DNA of 64,000 nt from an uncultured Nitrososphaerales archaeon (GTDB lineage: Archaea > Thermoproteota > Nitrososphaeria > Nitrososphaerales > Nitrososphaeraceae). Where the stretch lies: the NCBI GenBank assembly GCA_963695855.1, contig CAVOHZ010000010.1:352001-416000 (forward strand). Reading direction: 5' to 3'. How positions within the stretch are numbered: position 1 is the first letter of the stretch; each line of letters starts with the position of its first letter. Positions 8,988-19,216 of the stretch are shown here, piece by piece. A program made the position numbers and the translations under genes. The notes under the pieces are model-generated. The model was not told the origin of the DNA, did no database searches, and saw nothing but the letters and a program-made list of their open reading frames with translations.

Positions 8988-11150
8988 CTAGGTTTCTTTC
9001 ATTTGATAAACATATTTTTCTAAATCTTCTTTTTTGTTAATTGGAAGAGAACACGTAAAATCTTTACATATGTATACAGATTCTTTGAATTTGTTTATAT
9101 CATCTATTTTAATTTCTTTTCCCTTGACTATCCCAAAATCAAGTAATTTATGATAACTTTTGGAATCTGAATTCACTACAAGCAAGATTTTATTTGGAAT
9201 ATATTGTTTTGCTATCCACGAGGTTAAGGATGTGGTCTTACCGGAAGTATCATTTGATTCTATTTTATCATTTCTAAGTACTATGATTTCTACTGGTTTT
9301 TTAATATAGAAATATGTCGAAATCAATAATTGTCCAAAACCGAAAGGATTTTGGATAGATGCAAGATAACATGATCTGATAATATCGGTTGCCTTTTCAT
9401 AATAATCATTATTTTGAGTAATAAAATGCAGTCTCAAAAGAGCATACGCTGCCATCGAATTTCCGCTAGGAACGGCCAGATCATAAAAGTTCTTTGTACG
9501 TATTATCAGCTGTTCATGATCATCAGAGGTGAAGAAGAAATTCTTATCCTTCGAATCCCAGAAATGAGAGATCATAGAATTTGTATAACCTATTGCTTTT
9601 TCAAGGTAAATAGGATCTGAATCACATTCAAAGTAGTCAATTAGAGCGTTAATATAATACGCATAATCATCTATATATCCATTCAATTTCGATTGGCCGT
9701 CTTTGAAAGTATGTTGCAGTCTATAACCATCGATTGCCACCTTCTTTTCAATGAATGAGATTGTCTTTCTTGCCGTATTCAGATAGTCTAAATCATCTGT
9801 CACCTTAAAGGCAGATACAAAAGAAGATATCATTAAAGAATTCCATGATACCAAGATTTTCTCGTCTTTTCCAGGAGGTACTCTATTTGCTCGATATTTA
9901 AATAACATGCTTAAGGAGTCGTCCAGAAGGCTCTCAATTTCACTCAAAGATAATTCATATTTTTTTGATAATGAACTCATTGACTTTGTAACATTTAGAA
10001 TATTCTTTCCTTCAAAGTTTCCGCCTTGTGATACACCAAAGTAGTCACAAAAGATTTCAATTATTTTTTGATCTTTCAAAATCTCTTCAATTTCATTTTT
10101 TTTCCAGATGTAGAATTTTCCCTCCTCTCCTTCAGAATCCGCATCTTGAGAAGAGAAAAATCCACACAGGTCATCGCCTTCTTTATATGTCATCTCTCTT
10201 AAGACATATCTACAAGTTTTATCTATCAACTTTTTATACTCATCTTTCTTTGTTATTTGATAAAGTTCTGAAAATAATTGTACAAGTAATGCATTATCAT
10301 ATAGCATTTTTTCAAAATGAGGTACCAACCATCGTTGATCGGTAGAGTATCTCGAAAAACCGCCTCCAACATGATCGTGAAGTCCTCCCAACGATATCTT
10401 GTTAGCTGTGAATTCTACAAAATTAAGAAATTGACCATTTTTAGAATAATCATAATATCTAAGAAGGAATAAAAGGTTGGAAGTATTAGGAAATTTAGGA
10501 GCCTGACCAAAGCCACCATGAATCGGATCGGCTAATTGGAGTAGATTTATTGCAGATTCGTCCAGAACTGATTTTTCGATTTCCGTATCTCTTTCTTTTG
10601 TGAGATTCCCCGATGTAGATAAAAGTGAATCCATGAACTCCTTTGCCGCTCTATCGATATCATCTTTTTTTTTCTTGTAAGACTGTGATAAAGTTTCTAA
10701 AATTGTAGCAAATCCAGGGATACCATATCTAGAATGTTTTGGAAAATATGTGCCAACATAAAATGGTTTTTGACTAGGAGTAAGAAATACTGATAGAGGC
10801 CAACCACCGTTGCCTGTTGCGAGTTGGCAAACCTTTTGATATATTTCATCGATGTCTGGACGTTCTTCCCTGTCAACTTTAATATTAATAAAATTAGCAT
10901 TTAAAATTTTTGCAATTTCTTCATCTTCAAAGGATTCATGTGCCATAACATGACACCAATGACAGGCACTATAGCCAACACTAAGAAAAATTGGTTTATC
11001 TTCATCTTTTGCCTTTCTTATGGCGCTTTCATTCCAAGGGTACCACTCTACAGGATTATATGCATGTTGTAAAAGATATGGACTAGATTCAGAGATTAGT
11101 TTATTCGGCTTAAGATTATCATGCCTTTTGTAAGTCGAATTATTTTCCAA
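8988..11150 (-). CDS. YyaL/SSP411-family thioredoxin + six-hairpin glycosidase-like protein
   Basis: [67 protein letters not shown]. Confidence 0.95.
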   Translation of the reverse strand: MENNSTYKRHDNLKPNKLISESSPYLLQHAYNPVEWYPWNESAIRKAKDEDKPIFLSVGYSACHWCHVMAHESFEDEEIAKILNANFINIKVDREERPDIDEIYQKVCQLATGNGGWPLSVFLTPSQKPFYVGTYFPKHSRYGIPGFATILETLSQSYKKKKDDIDRAAKEFMDSLLSTSGNLTKERDTEIEKSVLDESAINLLQLADPIHGGFGQAPKFPNTSNLLFLLRYYDYSKNGQFLNFVEFTANKISLGGLHDHVGGGFSRYSTDQRWLVPHFEKMLYDNALLVQLFSELYQITKKDEYKKLIDKTCRYVLREMTYKEGDDLCGFFSSQDADSEGEEGKFYIWKKNEIEEILKDQKIIEIFCDYFGVSQGGNFEGKNILNVTKSMSSLSKKYELSLSEIESLLDDSLSMLFKYRANRVPPGKDEKILVSWNSLMISSFVSAFKVTDDLDYLNTARKTISFIEKKVAIDGYRLQHTFKDGQSKLNGYIDDYAYYINALIDYFECDSDPIYLEKAIGYTNSMISHFWDSKDKNFFFTSDDHEQLIIRTKNFYDLAVPSGNSMAAYALLRLHFITQNNDYYEKATDIIRSCYLASIQNPFGFGQLLISTYFYIKKPVEIIVLRNDKIESNDTSGKTTSLTSWIAKQYIPNKILLVVNSDSKSYHKLLDFGIVKGKEIKIDDINKFKESVYICKDFTCSLPINKKEDLEKYVYQMKET

Positions 11151-11265
11151 TAAAAATTTTATCTACGCATCTACTTTTAATTGTATTTACAAGAAAAATT
11201 TCAAATTGTTATAGTCAATAAAAATTTAAACTATTATAATAATAACAGTGAGTATATTTTAAAAA

Positions 11266-11565
11266 TCAAGTAGAATTTCCTAGCAAAGTAGTATTCTTCT
11301 TGAGAATTTCACGTAGTGATGGTGGGATTTCGTTTTCTGCACTTGTTATCTGTTCTGCTGCAGGCATACCGTATTTTTCCCTTAAAGTTTCCTGTTGACC
11401 TTTTAATACATCTATGGAAAATTGTGGTCCGATATATCCAAATGATGCCCACAAGATATAGACAACCAATAATGATACCCCCATCACTGCCAAAGGGATT
11501 CCATAATCTTTTAATCTATTATGTTTTTCTTCTGAATCTGGCAATTTTTTTTCTGTAGAAGTCAC
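11266..11565 (-). CDS. Hypothetical single-pass membrane protein
   Basis: 99-aa ORF with one hydrophobic segment (YGIPLAVMGVSLLVVYILWASF). Confidence 0.65.
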   Translation of the reverse strand: MTSTEKKLPDSEEKHNRLKDYGIPLAVMGVSLLVVYILWASFGYIGPQFSIDVLKGQQETLREKYGMPAAEQITSAENEIPPSLREILKKNTTLLGNST

Positions 11566-11702
11566 TTTGATTAAAATAAAAATAGAAAATAGGACATATT
11601 AACATTATGTAAAAAACATTAATATGGAAAGTAATTCTATGCGGATGTTGTTGATTTTCCTAGAATAAAATCTGGTGAAGGGAGAAGAAAATTTGAAATC
11701 GG

Positions 11703-12056
11703 TGTTTATTTTTGGAATATCTTTATTGCTTGTGGAGGACACACATTTTCACATGCCAGACAGAAGATACAATCTTTCTCTCTAGCCATTATTGGTTTCT
11801 TGTCAGAACCAGGGTGACCGGGAGTATCTAACCATTCATAGACATTTACTGGACATGCTTCAATACAAGCGCCGTCTCCTATACAAATATCAAAGTCAAC
11901 ACATACACTATCTCCCCATATTCCCAACTGTCCTGGTGCATCAACTGGTCCCCAGACCGTTATTCCCTTGAATTTACCTGCTGTTGTACGTTTGCTTTTA
12001 AAGGAGGTATCTATTGGACCATCTACTTTTGAATAACCTGTTCCCGAACCGGTAAG
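11703..12056. repeat. Copy 1 of 354-bp direct repeat (ferredoxin module); copy 2 at 28049-28402
   Basis: Manual alignment: 7 mismatches in 354 bp, no indels. Confidence 0.95.
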
Positions 12057-12755
12057 GGATATTGACGAATCAGCATCTCTTGATGAAATTCCGGTTGGTG
12101 AAATCCCGGTTGGTGAAATCCCGGCTGGAGGAACATCTGATACAGAAGGTTGTGGGTAGGAGGTAATAATTTCCTGAGCTGAAACCGAAGCACCTGCTGG
12201 TGGTGGTGGAGGATTAAGGCTCCTGGTTTTTGGATTGATAGTCAGAGGGGTTAATTCTCCCAATTTTTCTATAGATTTTTCAAGTGATAGTCTTTCAATT
12301 TTTTGATAATAAGAAATTAGCTTATCACCAATAGAAGAATTTCGTAGGATTGTATCTATGACCATTTTTGCATTATGATCAGCCTTCTGTCGATAATTCT
12401 TTATCCAATACACATCTCCAAATGTCTCTATAGGTCTGATTTGGTAAATTATATCAATTACTTCGCCGGTTACAATTTCTACTACAATATCAAGATCTAC
12501 AGAAACCGGTTTTGCAGTGAAAGGATCAACATCGCTTTCTTTCCAAGTATATTTAACATAGATTCTATCAGCATATCTATCTATATTAAATCCATTCTTC
12601 TTGATCTCGTTTGCTATATTGGTAATTGTTGACTCATCCGTTAAGTTGACGGGTATCCTATATAGTCCCAATCTATAGCTATGAGTAGGATAAACACCTC
12701 TTTTTGACACATCAGATAACATTGTCCACACCCTATCCTTCAATAAGACAGACAT
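11706..12755 (-). CDS. Unknown N-terminal domain + Pro/Ser linker + C-terminal Zfx-type 7Fe ferredoxin
   Basis: C-terminal CIGDGACIEACP and CIFCLACENVCP; WGPVDAPGQLGIWG matches the Sulfolobus Zfx N-terminal extension. Confidence 0.9.
   Translation of the reverse strand: MSVLLKDRVWTMLSDVSKRGVYPTHSYRLGLYRIPVNLTDESTITNIANEIKKNGFNIDRYADRIYVKYTWKESDVDPFTAKPVSVDLDIVVEIVTGEVIDIIYQIRPIETFGDVYWIKNYRQKADHNAKMVIDTILRNSSIGDKLISYYQKIERLSLEKSIEKLGELTPLTINPKTRSLNPPPPPAGASVSAQEIITSYPQPSVSDVPPAGISPTGISPTGISSRDADSSISLTGSGTGYSKVDGPIDTSFKSKRTTAGKFKGITVWGPVDAPGQLGIWGDSVCVDFDICIGDGACIEACPVNVYEWLDTPGHPGSDKKPIMAREKDCIFCLACENVCPPQAIKIFQK
12084..12128. repeat. 3x15-bp tandem repeat TGAAAT(T/C)CCGG(T/C)TGG encoding P(A/T)GIS
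   Basis: Read directly: 12084-12098, 12099-12113, 12114-12128. Confidence 0.9.
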
Positions 12756-12801
12756 TTTATATAATATCTAAAAAAGAAAAAACCTAAAAGGGTTTCGCTT
12801 G

Positions 12802-13110
12802 TCAATCATCAGGACAGGTCAATTCTCTTATTGCTTTATATTTTTTTTCTAGTTCTTCCGCGAAATTTACAACATAATCTATTTGAAACCTTGCCAATGG
12901 GAAGTACCATCTGATCGGGACTTTATGTCCAATACCATCCATGTCATAAATGAGCCCGTTCTCAACATTAACTGAATGTATTTCATCTTTTTTGATTTCT
13001 TTTGGTACCAATCCTCTTTTTGTCCTATCTTCCAGAACGAGAATTTCGTCATCTTCTTTCTTAAAAATGGTATAAAACTGACCTTTTTTGACTATATTTT
13101 TATCATCCAT
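12802..13110 (-). CDS. Hypothetical protein ending in TCPDD
   Basis: 102-aa ORF co-oriented between the rhodanese and ferredoxin genes. Confidence 0.75.
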   Translation of the reverse strand: MDDKNIVKKGQFYTIFKKEDDEILVLEDRTKRGLVPKEIKKDEIHSVNVENGLIYDMDGIGHKVPIRWYFPLARFQIDYVVNFAEELEKKYKAIRELTCPDD

Positions 13111-13148
13111 TTACATTTCCTTTTTTATTTTACGTTAACATTAATTTC

Positions 13149-14000
13149 TTATTTTTCTATTGGATTTCCTATCATGTTTCCCCATTCTGTCCATGAACCA
13201 TCATAGTTACTTACTGAAGGATATCCAAGTAGATATTTCAATACAAACCAACTATGTGACGAGCGTTCACCAATCCTGCAATAGCATATTACCTCTTTAT
13301 CAGGAGTTACACCCTTATCTTGGTAAAGTTTATTCAGTTCATCTGGTGTCTTGAATGTACCATCATCATTTACCGCTTGAAGCCACGGAATATTTTTAGC
13401 TCCGGGAATGTGACCGCTTCTTTGGGCATGCTCCATCGGATATTCTGGTGGAGCAGATATTTCTCCATTAAATTCCTTTGGAGAACGAACATCAACAAGC
13501 ACTGTTTCGACTTTTTCAAGCGATCTTCTAACATCAAATAGATATGAGCGTATTCCTTCATCAGGAGGATTGGAAACATAATTTGAAGAGGGTACAGAAG
13601 GCTCATCAGTAGTATAATTTCTATTTTCCAATTCCCATTTCTTTCTACCACCATTCATCAATTTTATTTTCTTGTGTCCATAATATTGAAATACCCAAAA
13701 AGCGAATGCCGCGAACCAATTATTAAAATCACCATATAGGACAAGAGTGTCATCTTTAGAAACTCCAATTCTAGACATTAATGATTCAAATTGCTTTTTA
13801 TTAATAATATCTCTTCGGGTTTGATCATTAATATCTTTTTTCCACCAAACCATGTGCGCACCTTGAATGTGACCACTTTTATAGGCATTTTCAACATCGT
13901 AATCAACTTCCAAAATCTTTATTTCTGGATTATCCAAATTGTTCGCAACCCATTCTGTTTCGCAAAGCACCTCTGGATCAAAATATTTGATATTATTCAT
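13149..14000 (-). CDS. Tandem-domain thiosulfate sulfurtransferase (rhodanese, CysA/SseA type)
   Basis: GHIQGA, VDVRSPKEF, GHIPGA, active-site YCRIGERSSHSW, NYDGSWTEWG. Confidence 0.95.
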   Translation of the reverse strand: MNNIKYFDPEVLCETEWVANNLDNPEIKILEVDYDVENAYKSGHIQGAHMVWWKKDINDQTRRDIINKKQFESLMSRIGVSKDDTLVLYGDFNNWFAAFAFWVFQYYGHKKIKLMNGGRKKWELENRNYTTDEPSVPSSNYVSNPPDEGIRSYLFDVRRSLEKVETVLVDVRSPKEFNGEISAPPEYPMEHAQRSGHIPGAKNIPWLQAVNDDGTFKTPDELNKLYQDKGVTPDKEVICYCRIGERSSHSWFVLKYLLGYPSVSNYDGSWTEWGNMIGNPIEK

Positions 14001-14095
14001 TAAAATCTAAATAGATCTTTTATCTATTAAAAGATATTGAAAAATATTAAAAAGCAATTAAACACTTAAATTATCATAAAATAAGGTTTTTTAAA

Positions 14096-14189
14096 GGGCC
14101 GGTAGTTTAGCCTGGTAGAATACCTGCCTTGCATGCTTTTAAGGTAGAGGAAACGTAGGTGGTCGTGGGTTCAAATCCCACCCGGTCCA
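14096..14189 (+). tRNA. tRNA-Ala(UGC) with a 20-nt intron in the anticodon loop
   Basis: Acceptor GGGCCGG/CCGGTCC with G3:U70; anticodon stem CCTGC/GTAGG; TGC at 14130-14132; T-arm GTGGG-TTCAAAT-CCCAC; intron ~14133/4-14152/3; CCA not encoded. Confidence 0.93.
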
Positions 14190-14239
14190 TATACAGTTTA
14201 TTGTTGCCTTTAATTAAACGGGGCTAATTAGATAATTAA

Positions 14240-15175
14240 TTATTGTTGTCTTTCCATCAATTTGTGTATTATCTTTTCTGCTATTACATTTGATCCTAGT
14301 TCTTGTGCTTCTTTAGTTTGAGCTCCGATATGAGGAGAACAGATAACATTTGGTAATTTGACTAATGGACTATTTGTAGGGGGTTCATTTTCAAATACAT
14401 CTAGTGCTGCTCCAGCTATCTCGTTATTTACCAAAGCATCATACAATGATTTTTCATCAACAACATCGCCACGGGAAGCGTTGATAAAAAATGCTGACGG
14501 TTTCATTTTCGACAAAAGTGTCTCATTGAACATGTGTTTTGTTTCAGGAGTGGAGGGTACGTGACATGAAATAAAATCAGAACTTTCTACAAGCGTCTGT
14601 AAATCGGTAGTTATCATACCAACTTCTTTAATAAATTGGGGATTTATTGGAATAAGATCATGTCCAATTAAATTCATACGAAGACCTCTGGCTATTCTTC
14701 CAAGATTTCTACCTATATTTCCCACTCCAATAATTCCAAGATATTTGCCTTTTAATTCAATTCCGTTTAATTCTTTTTTTAACCAGTTACCCTTTTTCAT
14801 TTCATTATCTGCTAACAATATATTTCTGGACAATAATAACATAAACCCTATAACCAATTCAGATACTGCATTTATTGCAGCTTCTGGGGAATTTACTACT
14901 GAGATATTTTTCTGATCTGCTTCATCTATATCAATATTATCTAAACCGACTCCAGCTCTTGCAATAACCTTTGCATTGGTAGCTGCCTGAATTACATCTT
15001 TCGTGATTTTCGTCCTGCTCCTTACAACTAATACGTCATATTTGCTAACTTCTGCAAGCAACTCAGAGGGAGTTATGGATGGTTTATTTATAACGTTAAG
15101 ACCACTTTTTGACAAAATTGAGATTCCAATTTCATCAATTGGATCACATATCAATACATTTCCTTGTAATTGCAC
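14240..15175 (-). CDS. serA: D-3-phosphoglycerate dehydrogenase (short type, no ACT domain)
   Basis: VRSRTK, RAGVGLDNID, GIIGVGNIG, INASRG, AALDVFENEP, SPHIGAQTKEAQ. Confidence 0.85.
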   Translation of the reverse strand: MQLQGNVLICDPIDEIGISILSKSGLNVINKPSITPSELLAEVSKYDVLVVRSRTKITKDVIQAATNAKVIARAGVGLDNIDIDEADQKNISVVNSPEAAINAVSELVIGFMLLLSRNILLADNEMKKGNWLKKELNGIELKGKYLGIIGVGNIGRNLGRIARGLRMNLIGHDLIPINPQFIKEVGMITTDLQTLVESSDFISCHVPSTPETKHMFNETLLSKMKPSAFFINASRGDVVDEKSLYDALVNNEIAGAALDVFENEPPTNSPLVKLPNVICSPHIGAQTKEAQELGSNVIAEKIIHKLMERQQ

Positions 15176-15262
15176 ATGAAAAATCCTATAGTATGCAAAT
15201 ATAATTATTACTTAATATTTATCATCATCGAAATGAAGCATATATTATATTTAAGAAATAAT

Positions 15263-15643
15263 TTAGTTGTTTGAGATTATATCACCACTAACATGATCAA
15301 CATAATACGTATGATTGATTGGAGTTAATTTTATTTCCCAGGCAAAATGGTTACCTGTGGTAATAGTTGGAGAAGTAATTCCTATAAAATTTCCAATTTC
15401 TTTGGTTTTATCATCTGATAGATACAAATTACCATTTGATTTTAGATAAACAAATTTAGACTGCGTGTTGGTTATCTCATCTTTTGAAAGATTATTTTCT
15501 TTAAGAACTATTGATACAGCTGTACTGTTTGAAATTGTTTGAAAATTCCCAGACGATCTGGTTAAAGAATCAATCAGACCGAAATATACCAATAATGCAA
15601 AAACTACCCCTATCCCAAGAGATACTGCAAATTTCACTGCCAC
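15263..15643 (-). CDS. Hypothetical membrane-anchored protein (PepSY-like C-terminus)
   Basis: N-terminal TM segment; C-terminal AWEIKL...YYVDHVSGDII. Confidence 0.6.
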   Translation of the reverse strand: MAVKFAVSLGIGVVFALLVYFGLIDSLTRSSGNFQTISNSTAVSIVLKENNLSKDEITNTQSKFVYLKSNGNLYLSDDKTKEIGNFIGITSPTITTGNHFAWEIKLTPINHTYYVDHVSGDIISNN

Positions 15644-15713
15644 AAAAAACCATATTGTAAATATTAATTTAATTCTAATCTTGAGTTAATAAGATTAATA
15701 ATAACAACTGAAC

Positions 15714-16211
15714 TTGATTGCAATATTGATCACAGTCGAAGAAAAGCTCAAAGCTCTTGGGATTTCACTTCCTCCTCCGCCTAAACCCGCAGGATCTTAT
15801 ATTCCTCTAGTTCAAATTAATGATCTTATTTTTGTGTCAGGGCAGATTCCTCTTGACACAAATACTGAACCGCCTTATGTAAAATTTAAAGGAAAAATAG
15901 GTGAAAATGCAACTTTTGAAGAAGGTCAAAAGGCAGCTATGCTTTGCACTCTTAATTCTCTTTCTATATTAAAGCACCAGTTAAAAAGCTTGGATAAAGT
16001 AAGACGAGTAGTAAGAGTTTCAGCATTTATCAACTGTGCACCTACCTTTTCAGATCTTCCCAAGGTAATAAACCCAGCATCAGAAATGCTAGTGAAGATA
16101 TTTGGAGATAAAGGTAAACACACAAGAATCGCGTTAGGTGTTGCAAGTTTACCATTAGATAGCATTGTAGAAATAGAATACATATTCCAAGTATATTTAC
16201 AGAAAGAATAG
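15714..16211 (+). CDS. RidA/YjgF/UK114-family protein
   Basis: PKPAGSYIP, FVSGQIP, GDKGKHTRIALGVASLPLDSIVEIE. Confidence 0.92.
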   Translation: MIAILITVEEKLKALGISLPPPPKPAGSYIPLVQINDLIFVSGQIPLDTNTEPPYVKFKGKIGENATFEEGQKAAMLCTLNSLSILKHQLKSLDKVRRVVRVSAFINCAPTFSDLPKVINPASEMLVKIFGDKGKHTRIALGVASLPLDSIVEIEYIFQVYLQKE

Positions 16212-16330
16212 AATGTTAGTTTAAGGTAAAAGGTAGAAATCTAACTTGAATATTATTTTGTCAAAATCCTCAGGCGTAATAAAGCAAATTCTTAAATAAC
16301 CTTTTCGAGGATTTTTATTGATACTATAAA

Positions 16331-16786
16331 ATGTACAAACATCTAGCTAAAACTTGGATTAACATGTGGAAAACCAATAGCGAACAATTAAAATCAAGAG
16401 CCATTGGCTGGAGAAGAGAACTTGCTATTCATAGAATTAACAGACCCAGCAGACTTGATAGAGCAAGAAGACTGGGATACAAAGCTAAACAAGGGATTAT
16501 TGTTATTCGTACTAGAGTAGGAAGAGGTGGAATGAGAAAGCAAAGACCAACAGCTGGAAGAAGACAAAAACACAGTGGTGTTGTACGTATCAAACAGGCG
16601 ATGAATATGCGATTAGTTGCAGAAAGAAGAGTTAATGAAAGGTACCCCAACATGGAAATAATTGGTTCATATTTTCTCTACAAAGATGGAAAACATTCAT
16701 GGTATGAAGTAATTTTAGCTGATCCTAACCACCCATCTGTATCCAACGACAAGGAAATGCGTGGAAAATTAAGGGCTTTCGCGTAG
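16331..16786 (+). CDS. rpl15e: 50S ribosomal protein L15e
   Basis: RPSRLDRARRLGYKAKQG, RVGRGG, VAERR, YEVILADPNHP. Confidence 0.95.
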   Translation: MYKHLAKTWINMWKTNSEQLKSRAIGWRRELAIHRINRPSRLDRARRLGYKAKQGIIVIRTRVGRGGMRKQRPTAGRRQKHSGVVRIKQAMNMRLVAERRVNERYPNMEIIGSYFLYKDGKHSWYEVILADPNHPSVSNDKEMRGKLRAFA

Positions 16787-17199
16787 GAAAACTAAATCTA
16801 TTATTTTTGTTTCCTTTATCACAAGATACTAAAGAAGATAAGACGTATGACTATTTAAGACTGGATCATAATTGAATATTCAATAAACAAGTATCATTCT
16901 GCCAACAATAATAGTAAGATGTAATCAATAGTTATTCCCTAACATGTGTTTGATTGCTCCATAATTATATTTTATAGTTTTACAGTTATATTATACAAGT
17001 ATCTGGTATAGCAAGACTGATAATAATACTGATGCACAAGTACTATCATACCCTCTTACAAGTAACGCATCTATCCTAAAAAGAGATTTGATATGTCCTT
17101 TCAACGCCTCGATTGATTACTTCTCAACTAATAGATAGTCTGTACATTGTTAGATTGACAAAATTGAACTAGTTTGATCCTAACATTAGGTATATTTTC

Positions 17200-17928
17200 A
17201 TATCTTTATACTGTGCACTAACTAAAATCCGATATCTGTGCTTATTATACAATTTATGACCATCAATCATATCCAGGATCTGCAGACATGTATGGTCTTT
17301 TTCTGATGATTGTAACTGGTAGACTTGATGTTAATTTATCATACATGTTATTGTCTGCTGTGTTGGCAGTCGTGAAATCTACTGCTAATGATACAATAAT
17401 AATAACAGAACCACCAGTACTTGATGCCAGGTTTAATTTTTATCCAAATATCCAACTCTTGATATGACTGAATCCTCATCTTGAATCTGTATCAATATCA
17501 ATACCAGAAGGTGATACTACTACTACGCCTTCGGTAATAGATAGAAGACTTGTATCAGATATATCCTTTAGTCTTGATAAGGTACTGTTATCTGCTGAAG
17601 CAACATATGGATCAACTAAACTATATTCTAGTAAAGAAGATCTCTCATCACTAATCCTGGTATTTACATCTCGTAATATTGTAACGAGACATCTGTCAAA
17701 TGTTATTCTATTTGGTACTCAGGATAATCCACACACTTTCATTACCTTTCTTTCTGTTATATTGCAGATGCATTTCAAGTTAATGCTACAATGCTGTTGG
17801 AATCTAATCGAAACCATATACATAATGTAAAGCATCTTAATTAAGATAACAGTTGGAGAATAGATATATAGTCTGCCACGTCTTTTGTTATTTTTATCTG
17901 GCCACCTAATTAATCCAACCAAATGCAA
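17200..17928 (-). pseudogene. Decayed YVTN/NHL beta-propeller (YncE-like) surface protein remnant
   Basis: ORF 17928-17719 continues in frame past a TGA to 17476, giving PYVASADNSTLSRL and VVVSPSGIDIDTDS; further fragments such as LPVTIIRKRPYMSADP and DGHKLYN lie downstream. Confidence 0.4.
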
Positions 17929-18075
17929 AATATTATTTAGAATAGTTGTTGATCTATTTTGAGATGGTTTGTTGGTTAGGATGATTGTTTTTTACCAAAA
18001 CATCATTCTCCAAGAGATAGCTTTATTTCTTCTGAAAATAAAATAAAAAAATAATTATGATCCCGCTTAAACTAG

Positions 18076-18465
18076 CTAAAACTTAAGTTTCTCCTGAATT
18101 TTTCTAATAATACCATGTAATTCGTCGCTAGATATTTCTCTCTCTATCGTAAGATAATAGATTAATCCATTCCTCATAAAACTAACAATATTTACCTTGG
18201 AGCTCTGTAATAGAATAAGTTCTGTAGGTCCAATAGATTCCTCATAATTTTTCCTTATATTGAATATCATTGAGTGGAGAAAAAATTCATTCCTTGCCTC
18301 TTCAGGTCTCAATAGTGGAACCAGTCCTGATTTCATCTCGCCAGCAAGTGTTCTGCCAAATTCGTTAGTAATACACACATAACGAACATTTAAAGATAAT
18401 TCAAGCAATTTCTTACAATACTCTCTTAGTTCGACAATTCTGTCTATATTTTTTTTGCTGTTCAT
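18076..18465 (-). CDS. Roadblock/profilin-like small protein (DUF6659-like)
   Basis: CKKLLELSLNVRYVCITNEFGRTLAGEMKSGLVPLL...IGPTELILLQSSKVNIVSF pattern of a family expanded in Nitrososphaerota. Confidence 0.65.
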   Translation of the reverse strand: MNSKKNIDRIVELREYCKKLLELSLNVRYVCITNEFGRTLAGEMKSGLVPLLRPEEARNEFFLHSMIFNIRKNYEESIGPTELILLQSSKVNIVSFMRNGLIYYLTIEREISSDELHGIIRKIQEKLKF

Positions 18466-18559
18466 ACTCTTTGTATTAAGAATAAGAATCTAAAATATCT
18501 TTATAAAAATTTCATTATTGAAGAAAACATGATGTAAATGTGTTAATAATTTAAATCTA

Positions 18560-19216
18560 TTAATCATGTGGATTTTCGGCTATTTTCTTTAAAATCCCCA
18601 TTGCATCTAATTCTTTGAGGCTTTGTCTTTGAGTAGAAACGAAATTGTGAAAGTCTTCTATAGTATCCCTTCTATCAGAATAGAGTTCAATAGATTTCTT
18701 AACTATATTTTCGTAACTCCTAAAAGGAAAATAAATTTTCTTTGCAGTTCTAGTAATTAACTGCTTTGTTTCCTTATCAATTATTCCTTTTTTAAAAGCA
18801 AGAAATAGATTATATCTTATATCTATCATGGCCTCTGAAAGAAGATTATAAGAGTTATCAAATGTAACTGCTACTTCGTCATCTGAATTTATTATATTCT
18901 TCTTGAATATTTCAAAAACCCGTCCATATCCCTTCATTCCAAATTTTTCTAATTCAACTGCGCGTAAAGCCCCAAGACTGGACGCGCCGTATACTTGAAA
19001 ATTATTTTTATTTACTACCTGAAATACTTCTATGGGAGTAGGAGGATAATCTTGTAAGAATACACCATCTATTAAAATAATTATCTTTTTTTCTGATATT
19101 AAACTTAATTTAATGAAATCACCTTTTTTGGCAGGTGGTAGAAATTCTGCATTTATTATCTTTCTTGCTTTTTCTATAGAAAGACTGGGACCCAAAAAAA
19201 CTATAGGAACACTCAT
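18560..19216 (-). CDS. tfuA: TfuA-like protein (thioamidation partner)
   Basis: VFLGPSL, PPAKKGD, LIDGVF, VYGASSLGALRAVEL, GMKGYGRVF, DDEVAV, SEAMIDIR; ATGA overlap with ycaO. Confidence 0.95.
   Translation of the reverse strand: MSVPIVFLGPSLSIEKARKIINAEFLPPAKKGDFIKLSLISEKKIIILIDGVFLQDYPPTPIEVFQVVNKNNFQVYGASSLGALRAVELEKFGMKGYGRVFEIFKKNIINSDDEVAVTFDNSYNLLSEAMIDIRYNLFLAFKKGIIDKETKQLITRTAKKIYFPFRSYENIVKKSIELYSDRRDTIEDFHNFVSTQRQSLKELDAMGILKKIAENPHD

Noticed and set aside
14096-14189. tRNA-Ala as an integration site
   Set aside because: No duplicated tRNA 3' end or integrase seen in the window
16331-16786. Short L15e as a truncation
   Set aside because: Ends cleanly after the conserved DPNHP motif with no frameshifted continuation; likely a lineage-normal length
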